A DNA stretch of 64,000 nt from an uncultured Candidatus Saccharibacteria bacterium (GCA_964636285.1 CAZWQF010000004.1:3666-67665), one strand, 5' to 3'; positions 1-10,232 are shown, numbered from the stretch's first letter. A program made the numbers and translations. The notes: generated by a model not told the origin, from the sequence alone.

Positions 1-159
1 GATCTTGAGGCTCTCTATTGTTGATTGTGACTTTTGGAGGATTCTTTTTTATCTCAATCTCAAATCCTCTTTTTCCAAAGTAGTACCCACCGTAAAAAGT
101 CCAGGCACCAACTAAAATAAGGGTAAAAATATAACCAAAAATTTTACCGGCATTCTTCA
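1..159 (-). CDS. Partial ORF running off the window start; N-terminal hydrophobic segment (MKNAGKIFGYIFTLILVGAWTFYGGYYFGKRG...), membrane protein, function unknown
   Basis: Reverse-complement translation of bases 1-159 begins with ATG followed by a predicted TM helix; lies downstream in the same minus-strand gene string as 170..1168. Confidence 0.3.
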
Positions 160-169
160 TAATTAGGAA

Positions 170-1168
170 TTAGAATCCAAGGGATAGAAGGTTTGTAGGC
201 ATTACAGTAATAACTTCAACGCCGTTCAAAAGCCTGACTGAGATCTTTTGCTCATCAAAACTTTCAACTACACCCATCCAACCAAAATAAGGTCTTTCAA
301 GGATCTGAACGATCATATCATTTTTTAATTCTACAAAGAAGTCTTTTTTGGACTTTGCTTGCTGGTCTTGAAACGGGGTTTCGGAAGGCACATAGATCTC
401 TCCTGACTTCCCTCTTAAAAACACATATCTGTTTGAAACACTGCTGAATAGATCATATATAGAAACAGGAGTTGGAATTCTTCCATAACCACTGATAGAC
501 ATCAATGCAAAATTATTTTTCTTTGCGTAATCTAAACTGACCTTATCACACCCTCCTGCAATTATACCTTTAACCCCAAGCTCAATCGCTCTTTTTAAGT
601 TCTCAAGTTTAATAAAGTAACCACTGTAAATTATTTTTCCTGCTACCTCTTTTGTGAAGTTATTAAAATAAGGATCCTCTAAAAGCTCCGAGGGATTTGG
701 AAGCACCACAAGTTCCCCTTCGGTATCAAAAGGAGAAGAGACTGCGCAGTAAATTATTGTACAAGGAGCCATCACAAGAACTGCTTTATTTTCAACTACC
801 TCTTGAACCTCTCCCCACACCCCAGACAAAAGCGTGTAGTTCTGCTTTTCCTGCTCAAAAAGATAAGTTCCATCCCCCACACTTCTTATAAACCCATTGT
901 ACGGTGCAATATATTTTTTCTTTTTAAACGAACCAAGCTTGACCTCTCCTATCTCTACCCCTTTTGCAATAAAGCTGTTCACCGATTTTGTCAGGCTTAC
1001 TTGCGGGTCAATTTTTTGAAGATAATGCGAAATCTTTGTTTCCCCTACCCTGCTAAATGGCTCAAGTTTGTCTCCTTTTTGTACAAAAATGGAGCCAATG
1101 TCTGGAAGCACCCTCTCCACATAAAACTTATTTGTGTTATTTATTTTTTGGGCAACAGGTATTCTCAT
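170..1168 (-). CDS. Hypothetical protein, 332 aa
   Basis: Long ORF in low-GC core context; no family motif recognised by eye. Confidence 0.5.
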   Translation of the reverse strand: MRIPVAQKINNTNKFYVERVLPDIGSIFVQKGDKLEPFSRVGETKISHYLQKIDPQVSLTKSVNSFIAKGVEIGEVKLGSFKKKKYIAPYNGFIRSVGDGTYLFEQEKQNYTLLSGVWGEVQEVVENKAVLVMAPCTIIYCAVSSPFDTEGELVVLPNPSELLEDPYFNNFTKEVAGKIIYSGYFIKLENLKRAIELGVKGIIAGGCDKVSLDYAKKNNFALMSISGYGRIPTPVSIYDLFSSVSNRYVFLRGKSGEIYVPSETPFQDQQAKSKKDFFVELKNDMIVQILERPYFGWMGVVESFDEQKISVRLLNGVEVITVMPTNLLSLGF

Positions 1169-1170
1169 AT

Positions 1171-2244
1171 CTATAAATTCTTATATCCTACTAATAAGAT
1201 ATCTTCCCAACTTCTAACCAGACTTTTCTTTTGTTCAAGTGTTGAAGCTCTTGCGTCATTTTTATCCCTAGTATCAATAATTATCCCAAAAGCCCCTCCC
1301 GTCATAACTTTACTCAAATTACCGTATTTTTTGGATCTTATTGTAAGGTTTACGCGGTCATTTGATAAAACAGGAAGCGTAAAAACCTGTCCTTTTTCAA
1401 GACTAAGGTCTTCCTTTGCTCCATTTTCTGCTTCAAAAGTAATCTCAAGGTCATCAAAAAAGCTCACAAGACTTCCGAGTGGAACAAAATCTGGCACCTC
1501 AAGCCTTTGAAAAGTAGGTGAATCAACAAGGCTAATAGCTGACGCTGCTCCTAAAAAGTTTGAGAAATCTAGCCTAAAATAATAGAAGCCATCTGAGCAC
1601 ATAGAATCCACACAAAGAAGCATGAACCTGCACATGGCGTTTTCACTAGCCAAATCTCTAGTTGTAGAACAAATTATTCCTTTAGTTTCTAAATAATTTC
1701 CTGAAGGATTTGATACTACTTTGCATGTATTCCTGGCTATCTGTCTTAGATAAGCAATTTCTTCATACTGATCTCTATCCGAACTTGGAAGTGTATATGG
1801 GTAAAGATCAAGATTTCCAAAATAGTTTTCAATAGTCTCCTCTTTTTCATCAAAGAAGATGTCTTTTAGTAGTCTAGAGTAATCTATGTCCCCTGAATAA
1901 ACTCCAGTATTATCTCCAACATGTAAATGGCTGAAGTACAAAAAGTCCATTGGGTACAAGGACTTGAAAGCCTCATTTTTATTTAGAAAAATAACATTTG
2001 GGAGCTTAAATTTTAGATCAAAAAGCGAATTAACATAAACCTTTGTAGTATCTGATATTTTTACCTTCAAATCTTTTTCAACTTGAGCTACTACATTGTA
2101 ATAAACCTCCTCATCAGAAGGTTTATTAAAATAGTTTATTTTTGGTGAGACTACAGGTACCCTTGTCAGTTTATATGTGAGGTTTTCGTTTAATAAGAGT
2201 GCAGTTGCGTAACCGCTGGAATAATCTAGTGCAAGGACAGGCAT
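1171..2244 (-). CDS. Hypothetical protein, 357 aa, possibly actin-like ATPase fold (FtsA/PilM/MreB superfamily-like N-terminus LALDYSSGYATALLL)
   Basis: N-terminal phosphate-1-like motif resembles actin-fold ATPases; the downstream gene is not FtsZ, so not called FtsA. Confidence 0.35.
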   Translation of the reverse strand: MPVLALDYSSGYATALLLNENLTYKLTRVPVVSPKINYFNKPSDEEVYYNVVAQVEKDLKVKISDTTKVYVNSLFDLKFKLPNVIFLNKNEAFKSLYPMDFLYFSHLHVGDNTGVYSGDIDYSRLLKDIFFDEKEETIENYFGNLDLYPYTLPSSDRDQYEEIAYLRQIARNTCKVVSNPSGNYLETKGIICSTTRDLASENAMCRFMLLCVDSMCSDGFYYFRLDFSNFLGAASAISLVDSPTFQRLEVPDFVPLGSLVSFFDDLEITFEAENGAKEDLSLEKGQVFTLPVLSNDRVNLTIRSKKYGNLSKVMTGGAFGIIIDTRDKNDARASTLEQKKSLVRSWEDILLVGYKNL

Positions 2245-2289
2245 ACAAAAATTTTACATTAGAAAACCAAATCCTAAAAGGATCAGCTT

Positions 2290-2562
2290 TTATAGAGCGT
2301 GTCTTTCAGTGTAAGGAAGGAGAGCAAGGAACCTTGCTTTCTTTATCTCATTAGCAACTTTTCTCTGACATGATGAGCAAAGTCCTGTTCTGTTTTTTGC
2401 AATGAGCTTACCTCTATCAGAGATAAACCTTCTGAGCTTCAAAACATCCTTATAATCAGGAACTTCCTTTGTTTTGCAGTAGAAACACTCTAAAACCTGC
2501 TTCTCCGCTCTTGGTCTTTTATTTGTCTTTTTCTTTGTGTCTTTTCTTTCCATAAAGCTCAT
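2290..2562 (-). CDS. rpsR: 30S ribosomal protein S18
   Basis: CxxC...DYKDV..LRRF...GKI..R..TGLC..CQR...[12 protein letters not shown] signature; rpsF-ssb-rpsR operon context. Confidence 0.9.
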   Translation of the reverse strand: MSFMERKDTKKKTNKRPRAEKQVLECFYCKTKEVPDYKDVLKLRRFISDRGKLIAKNRTGLCSSCQRKVANEIKKARFLALLPYTERHAL

Positions 2563-2577
2563 AATTTTTATTTCCTA

Positions 2578-3051
2578 TTAAAAAGGAATCTCATCCGAAT
2601 CAATAAACTCCTCTTTAGCTGATTTCTTACCTTTTTTATCTCCGCCTGACTTTGAATCCTCTGAAGCTCCTGCAAAATCTGGCTCTTTAACAAAATCCTC
2701 ACCTGTTCCTGTACCTTCTCTTCTAGAACCAAGAACAATCATATCCTCTGCAACAATCTCGGTTCTGTAGTGCTTTGTTCCTTTTTCATCAGTCCAGTCT
2801 CTTGTCTGAATTCTACCTTCAATGTAAACCTTTGTTCCTTTTTTAAGGAGCTGGCTACAAAGCTCAGCGAGTTTATTCCAACAAACTACTGTATGAAATT
2901 CTGTCTCTTCTCTCTTTTCGCCTTCAACCTTCCAGTCTCTGTTTGTAGCAATTCCAATAGTTGTGACAGCGTGGCCCTGTGGTGTGTATCTCATCTCTGG
3001 GTCTCTTGTGAGGTTCCCGATTAAAATTGCCTTGTTTAGACTTCTGGACAT
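2578..3051 (-). CDS. ssb: Single-stranded DNA-binding protein
   Basis: OB-fold SSB N-terminus (ILIGNLTRDPEMRYTPQG), acidic C-terminal tail ending DEIPF; between rpsF and rpsR. Confidence 0.9.
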   Translation of the reverse strand: MSRSLNKAILIGNLTRDPEMRYTPQGHAVTTIGIATNRDWKVEGEKREETEFHTVVCWNKLAELCSQLLKKGTKVYIEGRIQTRDWTDEKGTKHYRTEIVAEDMIVLGSRREGTGTGEDFVKEPDFAGASEDSKSGGDKKGKKSAKEEFIDSDEIPF

Positions 3052-3069
3052 AGTACTTCTTTCTGGAGG

Positions 3070-3354
3070 TTATTTAACCTTTTTTGTTACTAAATACCTA
3101 ACTACTTCTTCATTTAAATTAAGCTTTTGTGAAAGCTTCTTGACGCTATCAGCATCCGCAGAAAAATCTACTTGAGCATAGTAGGCATCCTGAAAAGAAC
3201 CTATCTCATAGGCTAATCTTTTTTTGCCCCACATATCCTCTTTTACATTTTTTGCTTCAAGGGATTTTAATACTTCAAGTACAACAGAAAGAGACTTTTT
3301 TGATTGCTCTTCCGATAAAGTTGGTTTGATCATTAATACTAACTCGTAATTCAT
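3070..3354 (-). CDS. rpsF: 30S ribosomal protein S6
   Basis: MNYELVLMIKP...RLAYEI pattern typical of S6; operon position. Confidence 0.85.
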   Translation of the reverse strand: MNYELVLMIKPTLSEEQSKKSLSVVLEVLKSLEAKNVKEDMWGKKRLAYEIGSFQDAYYAQVDFSADADSVKKLSQKLNLNEEVVRYLVTKKVK

Positions 3355-3506
3355 ATTCTAATCTGCATTGTACAATTTATCCGTTTTACTGTCAATGACT
3401 TTGCTATGTTACAACAAAACAAATCTTTGTTCAACTGGCCGTTATTTTCGCGCAAAAAGGTTTTTATGGCAAGTGGAAGCCAAGAACAATTCAAAGAACT
3501 GTATTT

Positions 3507-4619
3507 TTAAACATTAAATCTGAATTCAACAACGTCCCCGTCCTTCATCACGTACTCTTTTCCTTCGAGTCTCATTTTACCCTGCTCCTTTGCCTTTAAA
3601 AACGAGCCTAAAGTGGTTAAATCTTCATAACCCACAATCTCTGCTGCAATAAACCCTCTTTCAAAGTCCGAATGGATAACTCCAGCAGCCTGAGGCGCTT
3701 TAAAGCCCTTCTTAATTGTCCAAGCCCTCACTTCTTTTGGCCCTGCTGTAAGGTAAGTTTGAAGACCTAGAGTTTCAAATCCCTTTTTAATTACCCTATC
3801 AAGTCCAGATTCTTTGAGTCCGTATTCGCTCATAAACATCTCTTGATCTTCACTTGAGAGAACTGAAAGTTCAGCCTCAATCTTGGCTGAAATTAAAACG
3901 TAATCCCCAAAGTCTTTAAATTTTGAGGCTAGTTCTTTTTGCTTTGCGTCAGATACATCAGTTTCCGAAACATTAAAGCAGTAAATTACAGGTTTAAAAG
4001 TGAGCAAAGTTAGGTTCTTAACTGCAAATAACTCTTCCTCTGATAAATCTACGTCTCTAGCTGGTATCCCCTTGTTTAGCTCCTCTTTCAATTTTTTAAC
4101 TGCGGAGACTCTTACCTCCTCTTCTCTCTCCACCTTTCCTTTTATCTCTGTTCTTTGCTTATCAAGAGTCTGTAGATCCGATAAGATTAGCTCAGTTTTA
4201 ATAACTTCAATGTCAGATTTTGGATCGGTTGAGCCCGCTCTGATAACATTATCATCTTCAAAAGCCCTTACTACCTGAATAATTGCGTCCACTTCTCTTA
4301 TATGCGAAAGGAACTGGTTTCCAAGCCCTTCGCCTTTATGAGCACCTGCCACAAGTCCCGCTATATCAACAAATTTAACTGTAGCGTAAGTCATTTTTTC
4401 TGGAATTTCTCTATCCCCTACTTTGTTTCCATGTTCGTTTCGGACAACTTTTGCAAGCTCTTCAAGTCTAAAATCTGGAACTTCAACTACTCCTATATTA
4501 GGTTCAATTGTTGCGAATGGGTAATTGGCAGCAAGAGCTACCTGACGCTTTAAAAGCGCATTAAAAAGTGTGGATTTACCCACGTTTGGAAGACCTACAA
4601 TTCCTATTGATAATGACAT
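3507..4619 (-). CDS. ychF: Ribosome-binding ATPase YchF (Obg-family GTPase)
   Basis: GIVGLPNVGKSTLFNAL P-loop, TGS/C-terminal domain, about 370 aa. Confidence 0.9.
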   Translation of the reverse strand: MSLSIGIVGLPNVGKSTLFNALLKRQVALAANYPFATIEPNIGVVEVPDFRLEELAKVVRNEHGNKVGDREIPEKMTYATVKFVDIAGLVAGAHKGEGLGNQFLSHIREVDAIIQVVRAFEDDNVIRAGSTDPKSDIEVIKTELILSDLQTLDKQRTEIKGKVEREEEVRVSAVKKLKEELNKGIPARDVDLSEEELFAVKNLTLLTFKPVIYCFNVSETDVSDAKQKELASKFKDFGDYVLISAKIEAELSVLSSEDQEMFMSEYGLKESGLDRVIKKGFETLGLQTYLTAGPKEVRAWTIKKGFKAPQAAGVIHSDFERGFIAAEIVGYEDLTTLGSFLKAKEQGKMRLEGKEYVMKDGDVVEFRFNV

Positions 4620-4725
4620 GTGAGGATTCTATCACGAAAAAGATATGGGTAGGCACGCAGTACAGTCATTATGAGATGATCTGTAACTGCACTGCGTGCC
4701 TGTATGAACGGGTCTCGTTGAACCT

Positions 4726-5478
4726 CTACCTCTTGACCTTGAATGGGCGGACAACATCCAGAAACTTGCCGTCTACATACACATTCACAGGCCTTTGCCA
4801 CCTATCTGCAATAGGTGAAGCATCATGAAGTGGGTTTCCAGTTAGATCATGCTCGTACATGCCATAATGCAAGTACCGCTCCAAAGTGCACCTTGGAGAG
4901 TGCCCATCGTGCACCCAAGTTTCATGCCCAATAACCTCCATCTCAATGGGCTTTTCCTTGGAGCCTGCAGGCTTTGGGCCTTGTGGTTCAGCTTGCATGG
5001 GCTTTTTCGGCCTACGCTCCTCCGATGACCAGCCCCATTGCTCCGGAGTATACCTACCTTGACATTCGGCCATAGAAGAATGGACTACTTTAGCTGCCCT
5101 ACTAGAAAGAAGCTGAGCTTTTGACCTTGAAATACCTGGAGGAAGCAGGTGTTCCGCCAAGATCGCGTGAGAGCTTCTCAAAAATCGCTCATAGGGCATA
5201 CTCTTCCAGGTACCACGATGAAAAAAAGTCACAGTTGGACCGTGCAGGTTGTCAAGGTAGACAATGTCTATTTCCCGCACAACAGGACGTTCAGCTGGAC
5301 TTGCAATTGGCTCCTCATCAACAGTACCTTCGTTTTGTACAGAGTGCACAGACGTAGTAACACTCTTTGACTTACCCTTCCGGTTCTTGGGTCTATTACC
5401 AAACATGAGAAAAGCAAGTACAAGGACTCCCAAGCACATCACCGGAGTGATGAGAATCGAGTCAAATGGAAGTTCCAT
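4726..5478 (-). CDS. Membrane-anchored hypothetical protein in GC-rich islet (start taken at internal ATG with SD CAAGGAGC)
   Basis: SD 6 nt upstream of ATG at 5478 (MELPFDSILITPVMCLGVLVLAFLMF, single N-terminal TM), then a His/Trp-rich C-terminal domain; GC about 52%, unlike flanking core. Confidence 0.5.
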   Translation of the reverse strand: MELPFDSILITPVMCLGVLVLAFLMFGNRPKNRKGKSKSVTTSVHSVQNEGTVDEEPIASPAERPVVREIDIVYLDNLHGPTVTFFHRGTWKSMPYERFLRSSHAILAEHLLPPGISRSKAQLLSSRAAKVVHSSMAECQGRYTPEQWGWSSEERRPKKPMQAEPQGPKPAGSKEKPIEMEVIGHETWVHDGHSPRCTLERYLHYGMYEHDLTGNPLHDASPIADRWQRPVNVYVDGKFLDVVRPFKVKR

Positions 5479-5591
5479 TTTTGAGCTCCTTGAGATTTTG
5501 GCATATGATTTCATGCCAGTTTTGTACTATAGGTCTGATTGCAGAAGTGTAACATTTCTCACACATTTCATCAAAAGAGCTACAAATTGGT

Positions 5592-6214
5592 TTGCTTAGC
5601 CAGCAATTTCAAAGTAATATTTTACAACAACTAAAACAGAAGGAGGCATGTATGTCTCACTATGATCAACTAATCCAAGCAGGTGTTGTGGCGCGAGAAA
5701 AAGGCGATTTTAAAACTGCAGAAATAGAATTTAGAAACGCTGAAAATTTGGCTGATGCTGCAAACGACCTTAGTAGGCACTCAATGGCATTGGGGCATTG
5801 GGGCATTTGGGGTTAACTTTAGTTAGGATGGAAAGGTGGTTAGAAGCAGAAGAATGCTTTGTGAAATGCCTTACCACTGCAGAAAAATCAGGCAAACCTG
5901 CAAGACTTACAGAGGCAAAAAGGCACATGGCCTTATGCAAACTTCACAACGGAGACTTTTCTGGGGCATATACTAGCTTTGAGGAAGCTCGAAACGAAGC
6001 TTTAGCGGCTAGGCGTGCTGATTTGCCTTGGTTCACGCATGGTCTCGTCTTGTCAGCGTTTAAATTAAAAAAGACTTGGCTGTTTCTTCTCCATCTTGTG
6101 TGGACTGAAACTTGGGAATTAATGTCAGTCAGAAACAAGGAGAAAAACGAGTTAGCCAAGAAAGCCTGGCTAAGGTCACTTCTATCAGACTGGGCAAAAC
6201 TGTTTGGTCTGTAG
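5592..6214 (+). pseudogene. TPR-like repeat protein split by a frameshift inside a GCATTGGG tandem repeat (ORFs 5592..5816 and 5798..6214)
   Basis: Two overlapping ORFs in different frames joined at GGCATTGGGGCATTGGGGCATTTGGGG (5787-5813); the downstream frame continues TPR-like helices (LGLTLVRMERWLEAEECFVKCL...). Confidence 0.45.
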
Positions 6215-6221
6215 AAAAGCA

Positions 6222-6275
6222 CAAAGCGCCGAGGGCGGTAACAATATCAAACCACCTTCGGCGCTTTTTTTTCTT
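6222..6275 (+). terminator. Rho-independent terminator between convergent genes (GCGCCGAGGG...CCTTCGGCGC then T9)
   Basis: Inverted repeat GCGCCGAGGGCGG / CCACCTTCGGCGC followed by TTTTTTTTTCTTC directly after the stop of the TPR ORF. Confidence 0.5.
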
Positions 6276-6565
6276 CAAATCTCCAGTTCGTACGCTACAG
6301 AGTTGATTGGGAGGGCGGGAATGTACCCTGCTTCTCTCAGATCCATCGTCAGGGTAACAACAAGCTCCCAGTTTGTAGGTTCACTCATCAGCTCAAAGCT
6401 AATTGTTGTTGTGTCATACGACACTTGAAGAACAGCGCTTAGATCACAGATATGGTGCCCGCATTCCCTTTCGTATTTGTACACAGCCATTGAAAGGTCA
6501 TGCCTAAACATGTCTACGGGGCTAATTGCCACGCTGTAGTCCTTGCTCTTCAAAAACCTGTACAA
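6275..6565 (-). CDS. Hypothetical small protein (start uncertain; TTG at 6565 or internal ATG)
   Basis: ORF in GC-rich islet; no canonical SD seen. Confidence 0.3.
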   Translation of the reverse strand: MYRFLKSKDYSVAISPVDMFRHDLSMAVYKYERECGHHICDLSAVLQVSYDTTTISFELMSEPTNWELVVTLTMDLREAGYIPALPINSVAYELEI

Positions 6566-6761
6566 AGCAACGAACTCAAAGAAACCTATTTTTTGTGCCT
6601 GTTGGTGTTACCAGCGACTTTGGATGCTGGATAAGGGTTGGGGAAGATCACGGGTAAAGTCAGCCATTCGTACCTCCTGTGGTGTTTCTAGCTACCGGCT
6701 TGCTTCCGGGCTATTTTGGCTTGTTCGGATTATACCAGACTATAGGTTTAGTGCAAGCTAC

Positions 6762-8024
6762 CTAACCGAGCCTGACCTCCCCTTGCTTTGCCGCAGATCC
6801 AGCAAGTGGAAGCGTGAAGTAAAATTTTGTGCCCTTGTTTTCTTCGCTTTCAAACCAAATGCGTCCCCCACTCTCTTCAACAATGGATTTAACCAAGTAA
6901 AGCCCCAAACCGTTCCCATCAGTCTCCACCATCACAGCATTATTTGCTCTAAAAAACTTTTCAAAAACTTTAGTCTGCTGAGACTGCGGAATTCCCATAC
7001 CAGAATCCTGAATCATTGAAACCACTTCCCCACCAATTGCTCCTTTTCCTACCAAATCCGCCTTCTTTGAAAGCTCAGAACCTTCCTCCAAAACTTTGAC
7101 CTCAATATAAACTTTTCCTCCCTTTGGTGTGTACTTAATTGCATTTGTCAGCAAGTTCATATACACATTTCGAACAAGTTTTGGATCTATGTTTAATTGT
7201 GGCAAATCCTTAGCAACACTCACCTCTAGGTAGTGCTGTTTTTCTTCTATTTTTGCTTTTACATCAAAAACTACACCAGAAATCACATCAGATAATGCTG
7301 ATGGCTTAGGTTCAACAATAAGCCTTCCTGATTCGATTCTGGAGATGTTTAATAGCGAATTAACAAGGGCTACCATTCTCTCTGTAGAGCCGTACATGTT
7401 GGAAACCATTTCTTTTTGTTCAGGAGATAACTCACCTGCCCCTCCTGAAATTAAAAGCTCCCCAAACCACTTAATAGAAGTTAAAGGCGTTCTCAATTGG
7501 TGGGCAGCAAGAGAGATAAATTCGGTTTTCATTCGATCTACCTCTTTTTCATAAGTGATTTCTCTTACAACTGCGTACATCACATTTCCTTTTGTTGAAG
7601 CATCTTTAATGGATGTCGCTTTCCAAGAAAGCCACTTAAAAGATCCGTCCGCGCACCTAAATCTATTTTCAAAACTCACTTGCTGTTCCCCTATTGCAAT
7701 ATTTCTAAGCTGTTTTGCAGTTTCAACAAGGTCATCCTTATGCACAAAATCAGTGAAAGGTCTAAGCATGAGTTCGTACCTTTTGTATCCAAGTGTTTTT
7801 TCAAAAGCGGGATTTATTCGCCTAAAAAAGCCTGCTGTATCAGCAATACAAAGCATGTCAAAAGAAAGATTAAAGAATGGAATTAGTTCCCTCTCTGCAA
7901 CAGTAGCCTGCCTATTTCCCGAAGAAGGTACAGGCGCAGGTGTAAATTCTGGAATTGCATTTTTGGCTCCGGACAGTGGGAACTCCATACGTATGAATCG
8001 TAGCATAGACAACGAATCGCGCAA
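6762..8024 (-). CDS. Sensor histidine kinase (PAS domain + HisKA + HATPase_c)
   Basis: H-box HQLRTPLTSIKWFGELL, N/G1/G2 boxes (NLLTNAIKYT, DSGMGIP, GNGLGL); PAS-like N-terminal region. Confidence 0.85.
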   Translation of the reverse strand: MRDSLSMLRFIRMEFPLSGAKNAIPEFTPAPVPSSGNRQATVAERELIPFFNLSFDMLCIADTAGFFRRINPAFEKTLGYKRYELMLRPFTDFVHKDDLVETAKQLRNIAIGEQQVSFENRFRCADGSFKWLSWKATSIKDASTKGNVMYAVVREITYEKEVDRMKTEFISLAAHQLRTPLTSIKWFGELLISGGAGELSPEQKEMVSNMYGSTERMVALVNSLLNISRIESGRLIVEPKPSALSDVISGVVFDVKAKIEEKQHYLEVSVAKDLPQLNIDPKLVRNVYMNLLTNAIKYTPKGGKVYIEVKVLEEGSELSKKADLVGKGAIGGEVVSMIQDSGMGIPQSQQTKVFEKFFRANNAVMVETDGNGLGLYLVKSIVEESGGRIWFESEENKGTKFYFTLPLAGSAAKQGEVRLG

Positions 8025-8067
8025 AGAAAAAGTTGTGACTGCAACACAAAAAGGTTAGAATTTTGAT

Positions 8068-8448
8068 ATGAACAAAATTGACAAAAAAATTCTTGCTGTA
8101 GAGGATGACCAAGCTATTCAAAAGGCGTTAACAGATAAACTCAGGTTTGAAGGATTTGCTGTATTTACAGCATCAGACGGAAAAAAGGCACTTGAACTTG
8201 CCAAATCAGAAAACCCAGACATGATTCTTCTTGATCTTATTTTGCCCGAAAAAGATGGGCTTGCTGTTCTTGAGGAACTTAAGTGGGATGGCGCTACAAA
8301 GGATATTCCGGTGATTGTCCTCTCAAATGTCTCAAACGAAAAAGTAGAAGAACAAGCAAGAAACAGAGGCGTGGTTGACTTTATGGTCAAAACCGACTGG
8401 AGACTTGATCAAATTGTTGAGAAGATTAAGCACACGCTGGGTATTTAA
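8068..8448 (+). CDS. Stand-alone response regulator receiver (CheY-like)
   Basis: ILAVEDD...ILLDLILPEKDG...VIVLSN motifs (phospho-acceptor Asp in LLDL); divergent from the kinase. Confidence 0.85.
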   Translation: MNKIDKKILAVEDDQAIQKALTDKLRFEGFAVFTASDGKKALELAKSENPDMILLDLILPEKDGLAVLEELKWDGATKDIPVIVLSNVSNEKVEEQARNRGVVDFMVKTDWRLDQIVEKIKHTLGI

Positions 8449-8459
8449 TTTTTATTCGT

Positions 8460-8978
8460 TTATTCAAACCTCACCGGAAGCTCAACGCTCTTATCGTTTT
8501 CAGGTAAGCCTGAAGGATTGCTGGCCAAAATAACCAATTTTCCGGTACCCATACTAGGAGTTTCAAAAACAAGCTTTCCCTCAAACGGTACAAAACCTTC
8601 AGTCATAGCGTCTCCTACGGCTGTAACGCTTCCTGAAGCAACTAACTTCCCATTCGAATCTAAAAGCTTAACAGGCAAAACGCCTTCAAAAAACCAGGGT
8701 CCTTTTGCAATACCCTTGATTTCAAGCGGAGAATAAACAAGGCCGTCTTTTACAGGAGAATTTATTACAACATCAGATTCAAGGCCAGCTTGGACAGGAT
8801 TTGTGGTGTTACCTGTTTGTTGTTGAGGAGATTGACTACTTTCTTTAATAGCCCCTTTTGGATTTTCGCCTATATAAAGTGTCTTAACACCAAGATGTTT
8901 GAAATAAAATACAAGCCCTATTGCAAAAATTACTCCAACAATAATTCCTAAAATTCCTGTGTAATGATGTTTTTCCAT
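8460..8978 (-). CDS. Membrane-anchored Gmad2/immunoglobulin-like domain protein
   Basis: N-terminal TM, Gln/Thr-rich linker, C-terminal beta-rich domain (GPWFFEGVLPVKLLDSNGK...) resembling Gmad2-type domains. Confidence 0.45.
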   Translation of the reverse strand: MEKHHYTGILGIIVGVIFAIGLVFYFKHLGVKTLYIGENPKGAIKESSQSPQQQTGNTTNPVQAGLESDVVINSPVKDGLVYSPLEIKGIAKGPWFFEGVLPVKLLDSNGKLVASGSVTAVGDAMTEGFVPFEGKLVFETPSMGTGKLVILASNPSGLPENDKSVELPVRFE

Positions 8979-8999
8979 AATAAAATTATACGCTAGGCG

Positions 9000-9599
9000 T
9001 TATTTGCTATCTAGCTCTTTCCATAAAACTAACGACGCGTAAGTTCTGTAAGGACTCCATTTTTTTGTGATGTGCTCAAGCATTCTCTTATCTGGCATTT
9101 CTTTTAAGTTGTATAGTTTTTTAATGGCTTTTCTAAGGCCCAAGTCACTGTGAGAAAACACGTCCTCCCTACCAAGTGAAAACATCATAAACATTTCAAC
9201 CGTCCAGTCCCCTATCCCTTTAACCTTTTTTAAAGCTGACCGGACAATGTCATCCTCAAGTTTTTCCAGCTCTTCAAGAACAATCTCCTCCGATAAAACC
9301 TTTGTGGATAAGTCTTTTATGAACATAGCTTTTGATTTTGAGAGCCCACACTCGCGCATCTTTTCAATTGGAATTTCATGAACTTTTTGTGGCGTGATTA
9401 TGCCTCTAGAAAACTGCTCTTTAAATCTACCAAAAATGGTTCTTGCAGCTTTAACCGAAAGCTGCTGACCTATTATGGTCTCGCATAAATCAGAAAAATA
9501 AGCATTGGATTTTTTGACTAGGATAGGATCCTTTCCATGAAACGCTTTGTATAAAATAGGATCGTGTTTTTTGAAATGCGAAAGGGCGTGGGCAAACAT
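9000..9599 (-). CDS. HhH-GPD DNA glycosylase (3-methyladenine DNA glycosylase II, AlkA-like)
   Basis: IIGQQLSVKAARTIFGRF and helix-hairpin-helix region VKGIGDWTVEMF with catalytic Asp context. Confidence 0.7.
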   Translation of the reverse strand: MFAHALSHFKKHDPILYKAFHGKDPILVKKSNAYFSDLCETIIGQQLSVKAARTIFGRFKEQFSRGIITPQKVHEIPIEKMRECGLSKSKAMFIKDLSTKVLSEEIVLEELEKLEDDIVRSALKKVKGIGDWTVEMFMMFSLGREDVFSHSDLGLRKAIKKLYNLKEMPDKRMLEHITKKWSPYRTYASLVLWKELDSK

Positions 9600-9626
9600 A
9601 TAAATATTCTACACTAAAAATTTTTC

Positions 9627-10232
9627 CTAAACTGTGATTCCCCACCTCTCAAGATCGTTTGTAAATAAAGCAAAATCTGTGAATGCAATGCAGTTTATAC
9701 CAAGTTTTTTAGCTTCTTCTAAAATTACAGGATCGTCATCTGCCATTAATATTTCCTCCGGCTTAACGCCTGAGCGCTTGATAAGTTCTTTGTAAATCTC
9801 AGCACTTGGCTTTACTGCCCCAACCTGATATGAAAACACAGTTGCATCAAAATCCCTCAAAAAGTGGAATCTTTCATCTAGCCCAAGTACACGCGCGGGA
9901 AAGTTATTTGAACAGACAAGCGCTATATACCCTACTTTTCTTGCCGACCTAACATACTCCACTGCCTCCTCATTAATTTCATAGCCTGAGATTAAAAGTT
10001 CGGTGATTTCTTTGACGGTTTTTTTGAGTTTCCATTCGTGAAGTGCCCAAGTCCAAAATGCTATGTCTGAGATTTTTCCTGTTTTGTACTCTTTATTCAT
10101 TTTGTCCGAATGGAGAAAGACTCTTTTTGATTCGGATTCAGGAATTCCAAGGTCCATGAGATTAAAGATAAAGTTGGATTTTCCGTTTTTAAAATAAACA
10201 CCGTCAAGATCAAATGAAATCGCTCTTATCAC
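9627..10232 (-). CDS. HAD-superfamily hydrolase
   Basis: Motif I FDLDGV at the N-terminus, C-terminal DD motif (MADDDP). Confidence 0.75.
   Translation of the reverse strand: MIRAISFDLDGVYFKNGKSNFIFNLMDLGIPESESKRVFLHSDKMNKEYKTGKISDIAFWTWALHEWKLKKTVKEITELLISGYEINEEAVEYVRSARKVGYIALVCSNNFPARVLGLDERFHFLRDFDATVFSYQVGAVKPSAEIYKELIKRSGVKPEEILMADDDPVILEEAKKLGINCIAFTDFALFTNDLERWGITV

Noticed and set aside
1171-2244. Calling the actin-like ORF FtsA
   Set aside because: The downstream gene (170..1168) lacks FtsZ motifs and no other dcw genes are nearby. Only a generic actin-fold resemblance is supportable.
4604-4828. Short ORFs 4568..4828 (+) and 4604..4801 (-) at the ychF boundary
   Set aside because: They are overlapping alternative frames in the GC-rich junction with no SD or motif.
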